Source of the DNA: Octopus vulgaris | Taxonomy: Eukaryota | Length of the DNA stretch: 64,000 bases | NCBI GenBank assembly: GCA_951406725.2 | Contig: OX597815.1 | Coordinates: 161,882,001 to 161,946,000, forward strand | Direction: 5' to 3' | In this document: positions 12,090 through 24,911 of the stretch, piece after piece | Position numbering within the stretch: position 1 is the stretch's first letter | How the letters are laid out: the number at the start of each line of letters is the position of its first letter | Position numbers and translations under genes: made by a program | The notes under the pieces: generated by a model | The model's input: the letters and a program-made list of their open reading frames with translations, nothing else | Databases searched by the model: none | What the model was told of the DNA's origin: nothing

Positions 12090-12530
12090 CTGACAAGAAA
12101 AAGAATCACTACTGAGTCATCTGGCTTGCCACCCTTTCTCACTGAACAGGAAAATCTGCATGGATAGGGCCCTCCATGGATTCATGGATAAACATTTTGC
12201 ACAGGACCAAAGATATAGGAAAATATTCAACAGACATAACTTAAGGGTCTCTTTTAGCTACACACCTATTGTCAAGAATATGATGATTTTTCTGATGATT
12301 TTTAATTATTATCAATTAATATCCTTAAAATGCTGGCTGGGGCTGAATGCTTTTGTAGGGTTTATGGTGAGTGCCTAGTGAGTAGTCAATGCAACACAGA
12401 AGCATTGTTTCACAAAGCAGAAGTAGTGTCAACCAACACCAAGTGGTTGATGCATCTACAGAAAAATTATCAGGGCAATAGAGGACCCTTTAAGGCCAGT
12501 CTCAATAATCACAAATCCACTTTTAGAATC
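12090..12530 (+). pseudogene. Penelope-like element ORF fragment (RT thumb / GIY-YIG linker region)
   Basis: MDKHF..RYRKIFNRHNLRVSFSYTP, then GECLVSS and GPFKASLNNHKSTFR, resembling PLE ORFs of marine invertebrates. Frameshifted. Confidence 0.7.
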
Positions 12531-12539
12531 CAAGATATT

Positions 12540-12777
12540 CTTTTATTCTTTTATTTGTTTCAACTATTTGACTGTAGCGACACTGGAGCACTGCCTTAAA
12601 GAGTTTTAGTCAAAGAAATTGAGCCCAGGACTTTGTTTTCTAACCCTAGTATTTATTCTCAGGCCCACTAAGTTACAGGAATGAAAACACATCAACATCG
12701 GTTGCCAGGTGATGGTGGGGGGACAAACACAGACACAAAGATGCACACATATACATACACACATACAAACACACACA

Positions 12778-12818
<41 letters not shown>

Positions 12819-12980
12819 GATGGGTTTCTTTCAGTTTCATTCTAGCAAATCCATTCACAAGGCTTTGGTTGGCCCAAGGCTATAGTACAAGACACTTGCC
12901 CAAGGTGCCACACAGTGGTACTGAACCTGAAACCATGTGGTTGGAAGCAAGCCTCTTATGATACAGCCATGCCTGTGCCT
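12540..12980 (-). mobile_element. SINE family A, full length
   Basis: Reverse complement of the family A consensus. Confidence 0.85.
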
Positions 12981-13768
12981 ATATGTAATGTTACAACTTT
13001 ACCCCACTATGCATGGCAACAAAAGAGGAAACAATGCTATATAATATCAATTAAAGGTCGTTGAAATATTCTAGACCATATCTTACTGAAAGCAGAAGCT
13101 ACAGACTCTACTTAGCAGAGAGGAGAATCATTCTAAAACTCATTTGATCTGGGTACTTTCCTGAACTTGTAAAGTGAAATTATTGGCTGTTGCCTTTATG
13201 AGTGCAAATTCATTTAGGCAATGTGGTCATGTCCATTTCTCAACTAAAGAACGAATACATTTGTGTCTGTGTACACACACACACACACACACACACAGCA
13301 CTTAATATACTTCACCTCTGGCTAACCCCAATCCACGAAGAATAATGCTTCTCCTGAAAAATGATATTTTTATCTATATTTCATTCCACACTTTTACCAC
13401 CAATGAGCAGCTAACTTAGAGTCTATGCATCTCCAACATAAAACAGAAAAATTGGTTAATATTGTCTGGAGACAATATTTGGTGTGAAAGTAATGGTCAT
13501 ATTATGACCATTTATATTCCATAACCAGTAATATATTGCTTGATGTTATAAATATATACTTGGTCTTTTACTTATATTGAGTGTGCTTTTTTCCTGATTT
13601 ATAAACTAGCTGTTAATATAAATATGCATGTTGTGCATTTGTGCATGTGTGTGTGTATATATATATATACACACACACACACATATATATATGTATGTAT
13701 ATATATATATACATACATACATACATACATGCATGCATGCATCATACATACATACATACATACATACA

Positions 13769-13829
<61 letters not shown>

Positions 13830-14277
13830 GTATATATATATATATAAACACACATGCGTGTGCACACATACACAAACTCACACTATATACATATGTGAGT
13901 GAGAGGAGGACACATCAAGCAGTTGAAGAATAAAAGTGTTGACTATTCCAGTGAGTCATGTTGACCATGTTGATACCAGAAACAAAAACTGCCAGACATT
14001 TTCATCTCTTTTAGCATAAATAGTTGACCCGAGCAGATATTATCTTTCATAACTGAAAGACAATAGAAAATGGAATACAAATAATAACAAGCAAAGCCGT
14101 GATGTGCATATATGTATGTTTGAGCACACGCATGTACATGTGTGTGTGGAGGAGGGGACGGGTGCATGTGTGTGTTAGTAACAATACGAACAACTTCAAA
14201 GATGTATTATCTTAAGAAAAGTGAAAACAATATTCCAGACTGTACAGAATATGATTTGCAACTGCAAGTATCATCAC

Positions 14278-14310
<33 letters not shown>

Positions 14311-14572
14311 TGTTTTCAAATCCACCTTTTTCATTCTTGTATACAGCTGATGGAATTTGTTGAGGTGGATTTTCTACAGCTGGATGCTTTTCCTGTTGCC
14401 AACCCTCACTTTACTGTTTCCAAGTAAGGTGATGTTTCTCCATGACCAGAAATGTTTTCAGGGAAGATTAGAAATGAAAGACGCTGCTTGCATGGCAGTG
14501 ATACTTGTTTACAACTATCATGCAGTGTCAAGTAATGAAGACAGTAACATACACACACACACACACACACAC

Positions 14573-14604
<32 letters not shown>

Positions 14605-14842
14605 CGCCATGATAGATTGTTAGCCACTACACACATTTTTTTTTTCCTTGTTTCTCTCCTTGTTTTTTTTCTGTGTCCCTTTCTGTAGAAGAGTGTAGGC
14701 TCAAAACGTAAAAGACTTTTTCTATTCCTGAGTGTTATACTAATACATCTGTTTGTTTTGTACACCACCTGTCTTCGTCTTTTGTTTTTTTCATAAACTC
14801 TCCCTATATATATATATATAATAGATATATATTTCCCTGGCT

Positions 14843-14940
14843 TCTTTGCTGACGAGACAGGCCAGTAGCAAATAGATTTAATTTAATTTAATTAAATCGG
14901 TTTGCCTAGATGTATGTCGAAACAATGCATAGTCCAAAGA
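14843..14940 (+). ncRNA. Type I hammerhead ribozyme, intact core, long stem II
   Basis: ucuuug-CUGACGA-gaca[55 nt]uguc-GAAA-caaugcauag-UC-caaaga. Six-bp stem I and a GUC cleavage triplet. Lies in a (TA)n-flanked module. Confidence 0.8.
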
Positions 14941-15050
14941 TAATAAGGGTAAATGTTTTTATTTTCCTTTGGTTTCTGAATTACAACTACTTAGCAGTTT
15001 GAGTTTAGCTGCTCTTTCTAGTGGGTCGAATGGCCTATCAAGGCCATTCC

Positions 15051-15097
<47 letters not shown>

Positions 15098-15156
15098 TAC
15101 TAATCTGTGACAAAAAATTCAACAAAAAAAGTACTCCATCTGGTGAGAGAGAAATT

Positions 15157-15360
15157 TTTATTTAAAGGTCACAATACATGTATTAAAGTGCTACTAATAG
15201 TTTCATATTTTGAGAGAACTCAAACGTAATCTTCAGGTGCAAATCAATTTCTTTAGTTCATTATGATATGTGGCTTGCACCTGAAGAATATGTTTGAGTT
15301 CTCTCAATATATGAAACTATTATTAAAGCTTTAATACATATATTGTGATCTTCAAATAAA
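15157..15360. mobile_element. Fold-back repeat with a hammerhead motif in each arm
   Basis: 15157-15242 is the reverse complement of 15275-15360. Each arm has CUGAAGA-[uugag uucu cucaa hairpin]-GAAA-cuauua(g)-UA. Confidence 0.65.
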
Positions 15361-15781
15361 CAATATATATATTTATGTATCATGGGCTTCTTTCAGTTTC
15401 CATCTACCCAATATCTGTAGAAATTGTTTGGTTACTGAGCTAAGCACATTTTAACATTTTTTATCATCCTACTAAATATTGGTTAGCCTGGAGCTATAGT
15501 AAAAGACACTTGACCACACAGTGGGACTGAACCTGAAACCATATTGTTGCAAGACGAACTTTATACCACACAGCCAAGTTTGCACCTATATATTTTTTTT
15601 ATTTGTCAGTTTTACAACCATTTCCCCATTCTAACATACAATTAAGGTGTTGCTTTACAGTCAAATGCTTTCAACGCAGTTGCAAACACATGCTTTACAA
15701 AAAAGGGCTGTTATTTATTCCACTTGTCTTTGAAAGTGCATTATTTTCTCTGCACTTTTTTGAAAGGAATCTCAACAATTA

Positions 15782-16072
15782 TCATCACACTATCATCATC
15801 ATCATCATCACCATTATCACCATCACCACCATCACCACCACCACAACCACCACCACCACCACCACCACCACCACCACCACCACCATCATCATCATCACCA
15901 CCACCACCACCACCATCATCCTCACCACCACCACCACCACCATCATCATCGTCATCATCGTCATCACCATCATCACCATCACCACCATCACCACCACCAC
16001 TACTACCACCACCACCACCACTACTACCACCACCACCACCACTACCATCATCATAATCATCATCATCATCAT
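15782..16072. repeat. (CAC/CAT)n trinucleotide tract
   Basis: Direct observation. It accounts for the poly-T, poly-P and poly-V ORFs. Confidence 0.95.
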
Positions 16073-16937
16073 TTCAGTGCTCACATTTCTAAGCTTGCAT
16101 ATATCAGACAGAATTTAAGGCAGACCTTTTTTTCTTCATGACCAGATTCCCTTCCTGTTGCCAACCATCACCTGTTTCCAGGCAAGGTAATACTTCCTCA
16201 TGGCCAAACATGTTTCCACAGAATATTAGAAAAACAGGACTCTGCTTGCATTATGGTGATACGTGTTTGCAGCTATCACACAGTGTCAAGGTAATGAGAC
16301 AGTAACACATACACACATGCACAAACACACATACACATATACACACATATATACATGCATATATGCATATGACAGGCTTCTTTCAGTTTCTGTCAATCTT
16401 ATCCACTCACAAGCTTTGGTTGGCCCAGGATTATAGTAGAAGACATTAGCCCAAGGTACCACACAGTGCGACTGAACCCAAAACCATGTGTTTGGGAAGC
16501 AAACTTCTTACCATATAGACATACCTGCACCTATTTCTTAATAGTGTGTATATATACATATAACAGACGAAACTCTGGTATGCTAACTTTGAAGACAACA
16601 TACACACATACATACATACAAGTGCATGTGTGTATGTATGTATGAATGTATGTATATATGTATATGTGTATTTGGAATTGGTACATAGAAATTGTGTGGA
16701 AGCCTGTTGTAAATGCAGTGATTTCTGGATACACATGTGTTTCTATTTCTTCAATTTTCCTTCCCTGTTCCTTTCTCCCACCTCTATCCTATTTTTCAGA
16801 AGAAGAGTGTATACTCAAAATGTTAAAGCTATTTCTACTTACTTTTTTTCGTTTCATTTCTTTGAGGCAACCTAATACCAACTTTGTGTTTATTTTTTTT
16901 ATTTCATCTTTGTGTTGAGTTTTTTGTTACCTTAGAA

Positions 16938-17000
<63 letters not shown>

Positions 17001-17002
<2 letters not shown>

Positions 17003-17441
17003 TAGCAGGAATATTTAGTCACTACATCTAATATCATGATTGGCTAGAATAAGGAAATTCTAGGACACCACCTAGGGCTGACCTTCTGCAGAGATTCTAG
17101 TTTTTGGAGCTGTGTCTCTGATCTTATGGTATAAAAGCACCTAGTCTCAAACACCTGAGGCAGAGTGACAGAACTATGAGTCAGAGTACACACAGTGCTA
17201 AAGCTGTCACACAGAGTGCTGGGAGAGCAAACACAGAGAATGCTGAAAGAATGGCCTAGCTGAAGAGATGACCTGTTGACTTGACTACTGATTGACTACT
17301 GAATTTCCTTGTCTGTCTCCAGTCACATGAAGAAAAGCAAAACCCCAACTCTCATCCTTGTAAACAAAGAAAAAAATACATTCTTAATTGAAAAGCTCTC
17401 AGCCAGGTCTCTGCCTTTATCATTACTCCATCTTCATTACA
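17001..17441 (+). mobile_element. Probable solo LTR
   Basis: ~440-bp block between microsatellites, starting (a)GTAGC and ending ATTACA. Has ATTGG at ~17039, TATAAAA at 17130-17136 and an AATACA signal near the 3' end. No second copy in the window. Confidence 0.45.
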
Positions 17442-17699
17442 CACACACACACATAAAAGGGTCATTTCATCTTGTTGAACTGCTAATCTCTACACATTTT
17501 GTTCTCTCTATTTTTCCCCTTCTCTTTCCATTGTTTTTCAATCTCTCTCCATTTTTCTTCCTCTCACCCTTTCTGTCAAAGAAAGGGTGAGAGGCTTGAA
17601 ACATCAAAGACTTTTCCATTCTTCCTAAGTGTCAAACTAATACGCCTGCAGGTTGTTCCCTCACCTGTTTTCATTTTTTATTTTCTGGACGATCTGCAG

Positions 17700-18222
17700 T
17701 TATTCACTAAAAGACAGAGTTTCTAATGCCAACCTGTTTAGCAAGTGTAAGATTGGTGGAATCAAGGGCTTCCTTATGCAGTTGCAATTGGACTGGGCTG
17801 GACATGTCCTCAGAATGAGTGACAAAAGAATACCCAAAGTCCTCATATACAGCCAGCTTGATAGTGGGTACGGGAATGCTGGTTGACCATGACACAGATA
17901 TAAGGACAAGCTGAAGAGTAACTTCTCAGCGGTCAATACAGCTCCCAACACCTTTGAGCAAACAGCTTTGGAGTGAACAAAATGGAGATCGTTGTGTCAA
18001 AATGGTATTAGAAACTCTCTGGCAACCAAAGATAAAGGAGAAAAGTGGTTGCAATTATACTGCCTAAACTGATATGTAATTCTTATACTGGCAACATCTG
18101 TGGACTTCTTTGCAAATCGTTGGTAGGACTCAGATATCACATTTGCCATAAGAATTATGACAAAGAAAAATTAAGTTGTCAGATCCTTGTATATTGAAAC
18201 CAACAGGAGAGTCGATCATATC
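17700..18222 (+). pseudogene. RTE/BovB-like LINE ORF C-terminal fragment
   Basis: QLDWAGHVLRMSDKRIPKVLIYSQL..G, then RYKDKLKSN. Followed by a (TATG)n tract. Confidence 0.85.
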
Positions 18223-18253
<31 letters not shown>

Positions 18254-18580
18254 TGTATGTATGTATGTATGTATGTATGTATGTATGTATGTACGTACGT
18301 ATGTATGTATGTATGTATGTATGTGTGTATGTATGTATGTATGTATGTACGTATGTACGTATGTATGTATGTATGTATGTATGTATGTATGTATGTATGT
18401 ATGTATGTATGTATGTATGTACGTATGTATGTATGTATGTTTGTATGTATGTATGTATGTATGTACGTATGTATGTATGTATGTATGTTTGTATGTATGT
18501 ATGTATGAATGTATGTGTGTATATATATGTATGTATGTATATATTTATATATATATGTGTGTGTGTGAGTATGTATATAG

Positions 18581-18620
<40 letters not shown>
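18223..18620. repeat. (TATG)n / (TA)n compound microsatellite
   Basis: Direct observation. Confidence 0.95.
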
Positions 18621-18623
<3 letters not shown>

Positions 18624-19210
18624 TGATCTAACGGTCCTCCATGTTTGTTTTTGTTTGGTCTCCTTGTATGTCTCCACTGTCCTTTTTTTTTTACCAACTT
18701 TGACCCTTCATAAATCCCAAATTTTAATTTGGTTTTTGAGGGAGTAACTGCCCTCAAAGATTCATATTGTCATTCAGTGCACGAAATGAGGAGCAGATCG
18801 GCAGCTGACAACTGACGAAGATTCGTTCTCTATGTTACTTGTCCTCTTTTCCATTTGTTTCTCTCGTTGTTTGCATATTCAACTCATTTGTTCTCGTATT
18901 TCATGTTGTTTACTGTTTACCACAATCTTACACTCATGGCCCCCAACTATATTTGAATGCTTATGACATATTTCAACTTCTGAAGGCAAATTCACTGTAT
19001 GTACCATGGAGAAAAATTCATGCTTATAGTAAAAGGTGTAAAAACTCTATATCTTCTCAGTATCTCCTCCTAGCAGACTCCTGAGCATGGTTTCTGACTC
19101 TTTAGCCATCCTCAGTAGGAGATACTAAAGAGAGATAACTCATGCAGATTCTAAAGCAGTAGCTTTATCTTAAAACATTCAATATCAGACTGGTTGGAGA
19201 GAATACGATT

Positions 19211-19339
19211 GTATCAGTGCTATTAGTGATGAGGAATAAACGAACTTTAGGTTAGTTAACTAACCTAAAGTTATATGCCAAAACATATTTTAACTAACCT
19301 AAAGCTTCTTTATTCCTCCTCACTGCTTAGTGCTGGTAC
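19211..19339. repeat. MITE-like inverted repeat with a perfect 30-bp internal palindrome
   Basis: ~50-bp arms at 19211-19259 and 19290-19339. Palindrome aactttaggttagttaactaacctaaagtt at 19243-19272. Confidence 0.8.
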
Positions 19340-19407
19340 TATTGTGTATGTGTGTGTATATATATATACACACATATATATACATACACATACATATATA
19401 TATATAT

Positions 19408-19463
<56 letters not shown>

Positions 19464-20582
19464 GGAGAGATAAATATATATACATATATACATACACACA
19501 TATACATGTATATGTGTTTGCATGTGCACAAATATTAATAATCTATGGTTTCGCTTATCACTGTCTGCTGATATGATGTTCCAGTCTTTATTGATATTAT
19601 GATTGGCTACTCTGCACTTCCAAAAACTAGTGAAATAAAGGAAAGATATCCCATACTTGTAAAATAAGGAAAGGTTGGTAACAAGAGAAACATTAAATGC
19701 TGCCCTAAATACATCCCTACCCAATCTTTGGTAGAATCGGAAACAGGCATTAACTCATTTTGATACCAACCTGACTGAGGCTAACCCAGGGTCTATGACA
19801 CAGATTTCCTCCTTGCAAATGATCCAACTCCTTCTAACCAGTTTGTTCCTTGTGGGGCCGCCTGGGCACCTTATCACCATTACCTTTGTCTTACTGATCT
19901 CTTTCTCTCTTCTTCCTTTACCTCTACTAGATTTCTGCACAATAGATATGAGTTAGAATATAACCTAATATAAAACCTTACATTAAAATTTCGTGTTAAT
20001 TTGTTCCAAATACCAGTATAATAGTGACTTAGTTATTTTGATAATTTCTGTGTTATTTCAGTAATTGATTGGAACAAAGACTGTGTGTATCAAAATAAAT
20101 ATGGTAACAAAAGGGTTAAACATGTGAACTAATGAATGTGCATGTGTGTGTGTGTGTGTGTGTGAGAGTATCTTCTACTTGTTCCAGTCACTAGACTGCA
20201 GCCATGCTAGAGCACTGTCTTGAAGGGCCCAGTCAAACAAATCAAATCACAGTATTTTTTTTTTTTTAAGTTTGGTGTGTATTCCAGCAATCTCTTTTGC
20301 TAAACTGCAAAGGAACATAAATAAACTGGTAGACAGAAACAGAAAGCCCACCATGTTTGTGTGTTTGTGTGTGTCTCTGTGTCTGTGTTTGTTTCCCCAC
20401 CATGGCTTCACAACCAGTGTTGGTGTGTTTACATCCCTGTAACTTAGCAGTTCAGCAAAAGAGAATAATAGAATAAGTATCAGACTTATTAAAAAAAGTA
20501 AGCACTGGGGATCAATTCATTTGAATAAAACATTCTTCAAGGTAGTTGTGAAGCAGTGGGAGTAACACAAAAACACAACACA

Positions 20583-20615
<33 letters not shown>

Positions 20616-20862
20616 TTAATGTCCATGTTCTAGACTGGCATGGGTTGGAAGGTTAGACAGAGTTCAATATGAGCACGGACTGCATCAAGCTCCAATGTCT
20701 GCTTTGGAATGGCTTTTACGGCTGGATGTCCTTCCTAATACCAATCACTTTACAGCATGGACAGGGTGCTTTTGTTTTCATGCCACCCGTACTATTGAGA
20801 TCGCCATGCAGTTCACAGGACTATGAGTCCTGGGGTAGGTGGGGGTGTCAGCTTCATGCTAG

Positions 20863-21115
20863 GAGGCACATGGCTTAGTGGTTAAGGTGTTGAACTCATG
20901 ATCGTAAGGTTGTGGTTTCAATTCCTGGATCGGGCGATGTGTTGTGTTCTTGAGCAAAATACTTCATTTCACCTTGCTCCACTCCACTCAGCTGGCAAAA
21001 ATGAGTAATCCTGCGACAGACTGGCGTCCCATCCAGGTGGGGAATTTCTACGTCACTGAAACCGGGAAACCAGCCCTTATGAGCCTGGCATGGCTCAAGA
21101 AGGAACATTTTATTT
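20863..21115 (+). mobile_element. tRNA-derived SINE, group C (CORE-like plus V-like domain)
   Basis: A and B boxes, gttgtgttcttgagcaa body, and ctgcgacagactggcgtcccatccagg (V-domain-like). Second copy at 41590-41815 (minus). Confidence 0.8.
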
Positions 21116-21972
21116 TAGGAAACAAGTGTGAGAAGGAAGGGATAGAGCAGGTCCCTACAGAAGGATCTGCATAAATACTCACATCTAGTAGAGGTAAAGG
21201 AAGAAGAGAAAGAGAAACAGAAAAAGATCAGTAGGAGTTGCAAGACACAGGTAATGGCGATAAGGTGCCCGGGTGACCCCACAAAGAACGAGCTGGCTAG
21301 AAGTGGGTGGGCCATTTGCAAGATTGTATGGGAATGAATGAGGGGTGAGGAGGCAGACTGCCAGAATGAGTAGGGCTGAAAGGTAGATGAAACAAGAACC
21401 ATGACCTGGGGAAGATAGAGGAATGCAGGAGAGTGGAGGCAACAAGCAAGAGATAATACAGTTCCTGAGAGGTGGGGGACAAGAGAGATATGATATGGTT
21501 GGGTGGTCTGTGGAACCAGAGTGGAGGCAGGAAGCAGCAACATGAAGTGGAGGAGAGACACTATAATGGGTGGAGAACCCAAAACATAGCATTTCTACAA
21601 CTCAATTTTCTGACGAGAGTAAGATTTGGCACAAGGCTACCTCCTCCAATACCCCACCTCTCAAAGGATCTTTGACTTGCAAGTTACTTGGTGACCCTGC
21701 CAATGCTGACACCATGTAAAAAGCATCAGGGATACACTGTAAAATGGTTGGCACTAGGAAGGGCACCAGCCAAAAATATCATGCCGAAACAGACCTCGCC
21801 AGTGTTGGTGCCTCATGAAAAACACAGTCCACTCTGTAAGGTGGTTGTCATCAGAAAGGGCATCTAGCCATAAAAACAATGCCAAAACAGACAGTGAAGC
21901 CTAGTGCAGTCTCCTGGCTTGCCAGCTTCTGTCAAACCATCCAACCCACGCCAACAAGGTAGACGGACATCA

Positions 21973-22205
21973 AGGCGGCGAGCTAGCAGAAATGTTAGCA
22001 CACCAGGCGAAATGCGTAGCCGTATTTCATCTGCCGTTATGTTCTGAGTTCAAATTCCACCAAGGTCGACTTTGCCTTTCATCCTTTCGGGGTCGATAAA
22101 TTAAGTACCTGTTATGCACTGGGGTCGATGTAATCAACTTAATCTGTTTGTCTGTCCTTGTTTGTCCTTTCTGTGTTTATCCCCTTGTGGGTAGTAAAGA
22201 AATAG
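21973..22205 (+). mobile_element. SINE family B (tRNA-like head, Meta-domain-like centre)
   Basis: ggcggcgagct...gagttcaaattcc...gcctttcatcctttcggggtcgataaattaagtacc...ccccttgtggg(t/c)a(g/a)taaagaaata. About 15 copies in the window. Confidence 0.85.
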
Positions 22206-22234
22206 GTAGACATACATTAAATGATGATGATGAC

Positions 22235-22266
<32 letters not shown>

Positions 22267-22267
22267 C

Positions 22268-22304
<37 letters not shown>

Positions 22305-23730
22305 TGGAGGAGGGGGAGGAGGAGGATATATGTATATATATGTATACACACACAGTCAGCTTCCATACAGTTTCTGTCAGCCAAATTTTCTCACAAGACT
22401 TTGGTCAGACCAGGGCTTTAGAGAAGAAGCTTGCCCAAGATGCCACATGCCACATGCTGGGAGTGAACTCAAAACTACATTGTTGCAACGTGAGCTTTTT
22501 TAACTACCCATACATGTATTTATATATATACAATAACATTTTTTTTGATATTTTGATATCTCCCCAAATAGTTGATATTAGTTTCTCCCATTGATGCAAA
22601 GCACATTTATCTGCAAGGATGCCGTGCCTAAAATTCACATCTATTGTTAGAATTATCTGAGCACTGATTGCTGTTTAGATTCTGGAATTGTGAAACCCAG
22701 TATGGGTTATCAGTCATTCAAACGATGTGCTTCCTCACAGTTTCCATCCACCAAATTCCACTCACAAATTATTGGTCAACTGAAGGTTATAATTAAAACA
22801 CCTGGATACTACACAGCAGGATTGAACCCAGAGCCATGTGGTTGCAAAGTTGGTTTTGTTAACTACTTAACTATGCCTGCACTCTCTAAACTTAATTATA
22901 TGTAAGTAGTATACTTATAAAATACCAAACAATAATCTACTAAATATAAAGAGAAATTCCAGTCATAGACCCAGAGGCATAAAGAATCTAGTTACAAACA
23001 TTAGCAGGAAGGATATCTAATTTGTCTTCCATCAAAACTTTATTTTATTTGGCACCATGATATTACATATCCTGAGAACAATCAGCTTTAAAATGAAATT
23101 AGAATACCTGCTAAATCAATAAACATTGATAAAACAACCAGAACCAGCCAATACTGGAGCTTCCAAAAGGTCACAACGCCTGCTAGAAATAGCAACTAAA
23201 TCTCCTGCAAATTATACCCTATTTTCTTAAATAAAGGATAACAAAGAATACATTTCAGAAACTAACAATCAGTGTTATTCATGTCAGATAAAAAGTCTTG
23301 TGGTATTTATTCTAGCACCTGACGTAGTGAGTTCAAATCCTACTGAGGTCAGATTTGCTTTTCATCCTTCTAAGGTTAATAAATAGAGTACCTGTCTAGA
23401 ATAATGAACTGGCAGAAATGTTTGTACATTTGATGTGAAGCTAAGCAGTATTTGTTCCAGATCTTTGTGTTCTGAGTTCAAGTCCAGCTACCTATTTCAA
23501 TCTATTTTGGGTGGTAGACTTAATCCATTGCCTGGTTTAACATCCCCATCAGGTACTTTGCTTCAAGCATTCACACAAGTTCTCTGACGTAAGGCTATCT
23601 CCCATCTGTCTCAAGGACTCTGTAAGTCATGACAGCAGCATTTTCCAAGCTTCCTGACTAAAAGATGAAAGAAAAAGATCTTGGGCCAACCAAAGCTTTG
23701 CAAATGGATTTGGTAGACAGAAACTGAAAG

Positions 23731-23957
23731 GTGGTGAGCTGGCAGAAATGTTAGCATGCTGGGCGAAATGCTTAGCAGTATTTCGTCTGCTTTTACGTTC
23801 TGAGTTCAAATTCTGCCGAGGTCGACTTTGCCTTTCATCCTTTCGGGATCGATTAAATAAGTACCAGTTACATACTGGGGTCAATATAATCGACTTAATC
23901 CGTTTGTGTTTCCTTGTTTGTCCCCTGTGTAGCCCCTTGTGGGCAGTAAAGAAACAC
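23731..23957 (+). mobile_element. SINE family B nested in SINE family A (23680-24215)
   Basis: 11-bp target-site duplication gaaactgaaag at 23720-23730 and 23958-23968. Confidence 0.85.
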
Positions 23958-24478
23958 GAAACTGAAAGCCCACCATGTGTGTGTGTGTTTCTGTCTGTCT
24001 GTGTATGTGTTTGTCTCCCCACCATGGCTTGACAACCAGTGCTGGTGTGTTTACATCCCTGTAACTTAGCAGTTCAGCAAAAGAGAATAATAGAATAAGA
24101 ATCAGACTTATAAAAAAAAGTAAGCACTGGGGTCAATTCATTTGACTAAAACATTCTTCAAGGCAGTGCCCCAGCAAGGCCACAGTCTAAAGACTGAAAC
24201 AAATAAAAGATATAAGATACCACTGACATGATAGTGGTATCACAGGTAAAAGATTACAATGCGGATGATGGTGATGGTGACAGCGTAGGTCGCTGTTCTT
24301 GTTTAACCCCAGGTCAGTTCTGACTGAGCAGAGACATGATCAAATGCATGCCAGTTATGACCATACCACAGACTACATAGTGGTATCACTGGAAAATGTT
24401 ACAGTATAGGTAATGGTGATGGTGATAATATAAGTTGTTCTCTGGCCCTATGTCAGTTTTGATGGAGTAGAACAAATA

Positions 24479-24697
24479 CAAGGGGGAGCTGAAAAGTTCT
24501 TGGCTTTAAGGGTCATGAAAGGCTGGTCGGAGGCTCAACCTTCCTTCCAAGTTCTTTCATAGGGCTTAGAAAAACTGAAGGACCACTGCAATAAGTGTGT
24601 GAATCTGAGAGGAGAATATGTTTGATAAAAATCATAATTAATTGATCCTCCTGTATTTTCTTTTACCCAAAGCCAGGAACTTTTCAGCACCCTCTTG
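24479..24697 (+). mobile_element. Non-autonomous mariner-like element
   Basis: TA flanks and ~28-bp terminal inverted repeats (caagggggagctgaaaagttcttggcttt / aaagccaggaacttttcagcaccctcttg). Residual transposase C-terminus GLEKLKDHCNKCVNLRGEYV. Confidence 0.85.
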
Positions 24698-24911
24698 TAC
24701 ATACCAGTTTTGACAGTGACGGTGATATGACCATACCATTAGGAGAATGGTGAAATTGTTGGTAATGCTTACAAACTGGGTGATACTGATGGGGATGGTG
24801 GCTGTATAAACTATTGTTGTTTTTAGCCCTGAGTCAACCTTGAGCAGACCTATGATCAAACACATTCTAACCATGGCCAAATCATCGTTTTGTTTATCAG
24901 AAAGAACATTA

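Noticed and set aside
18630-18915. CUGACGA in a (TA)n-adjacent repeat
   Set aside because: No matching GAAA or stem III downstream; truncated at best.
21115-21592. 135-155 aa ORFs in a purine-rich stretch (similar at 37758-38137 and 62551-62888)
   Set aside because: Strand-biased low-complexity sequence with no domain.
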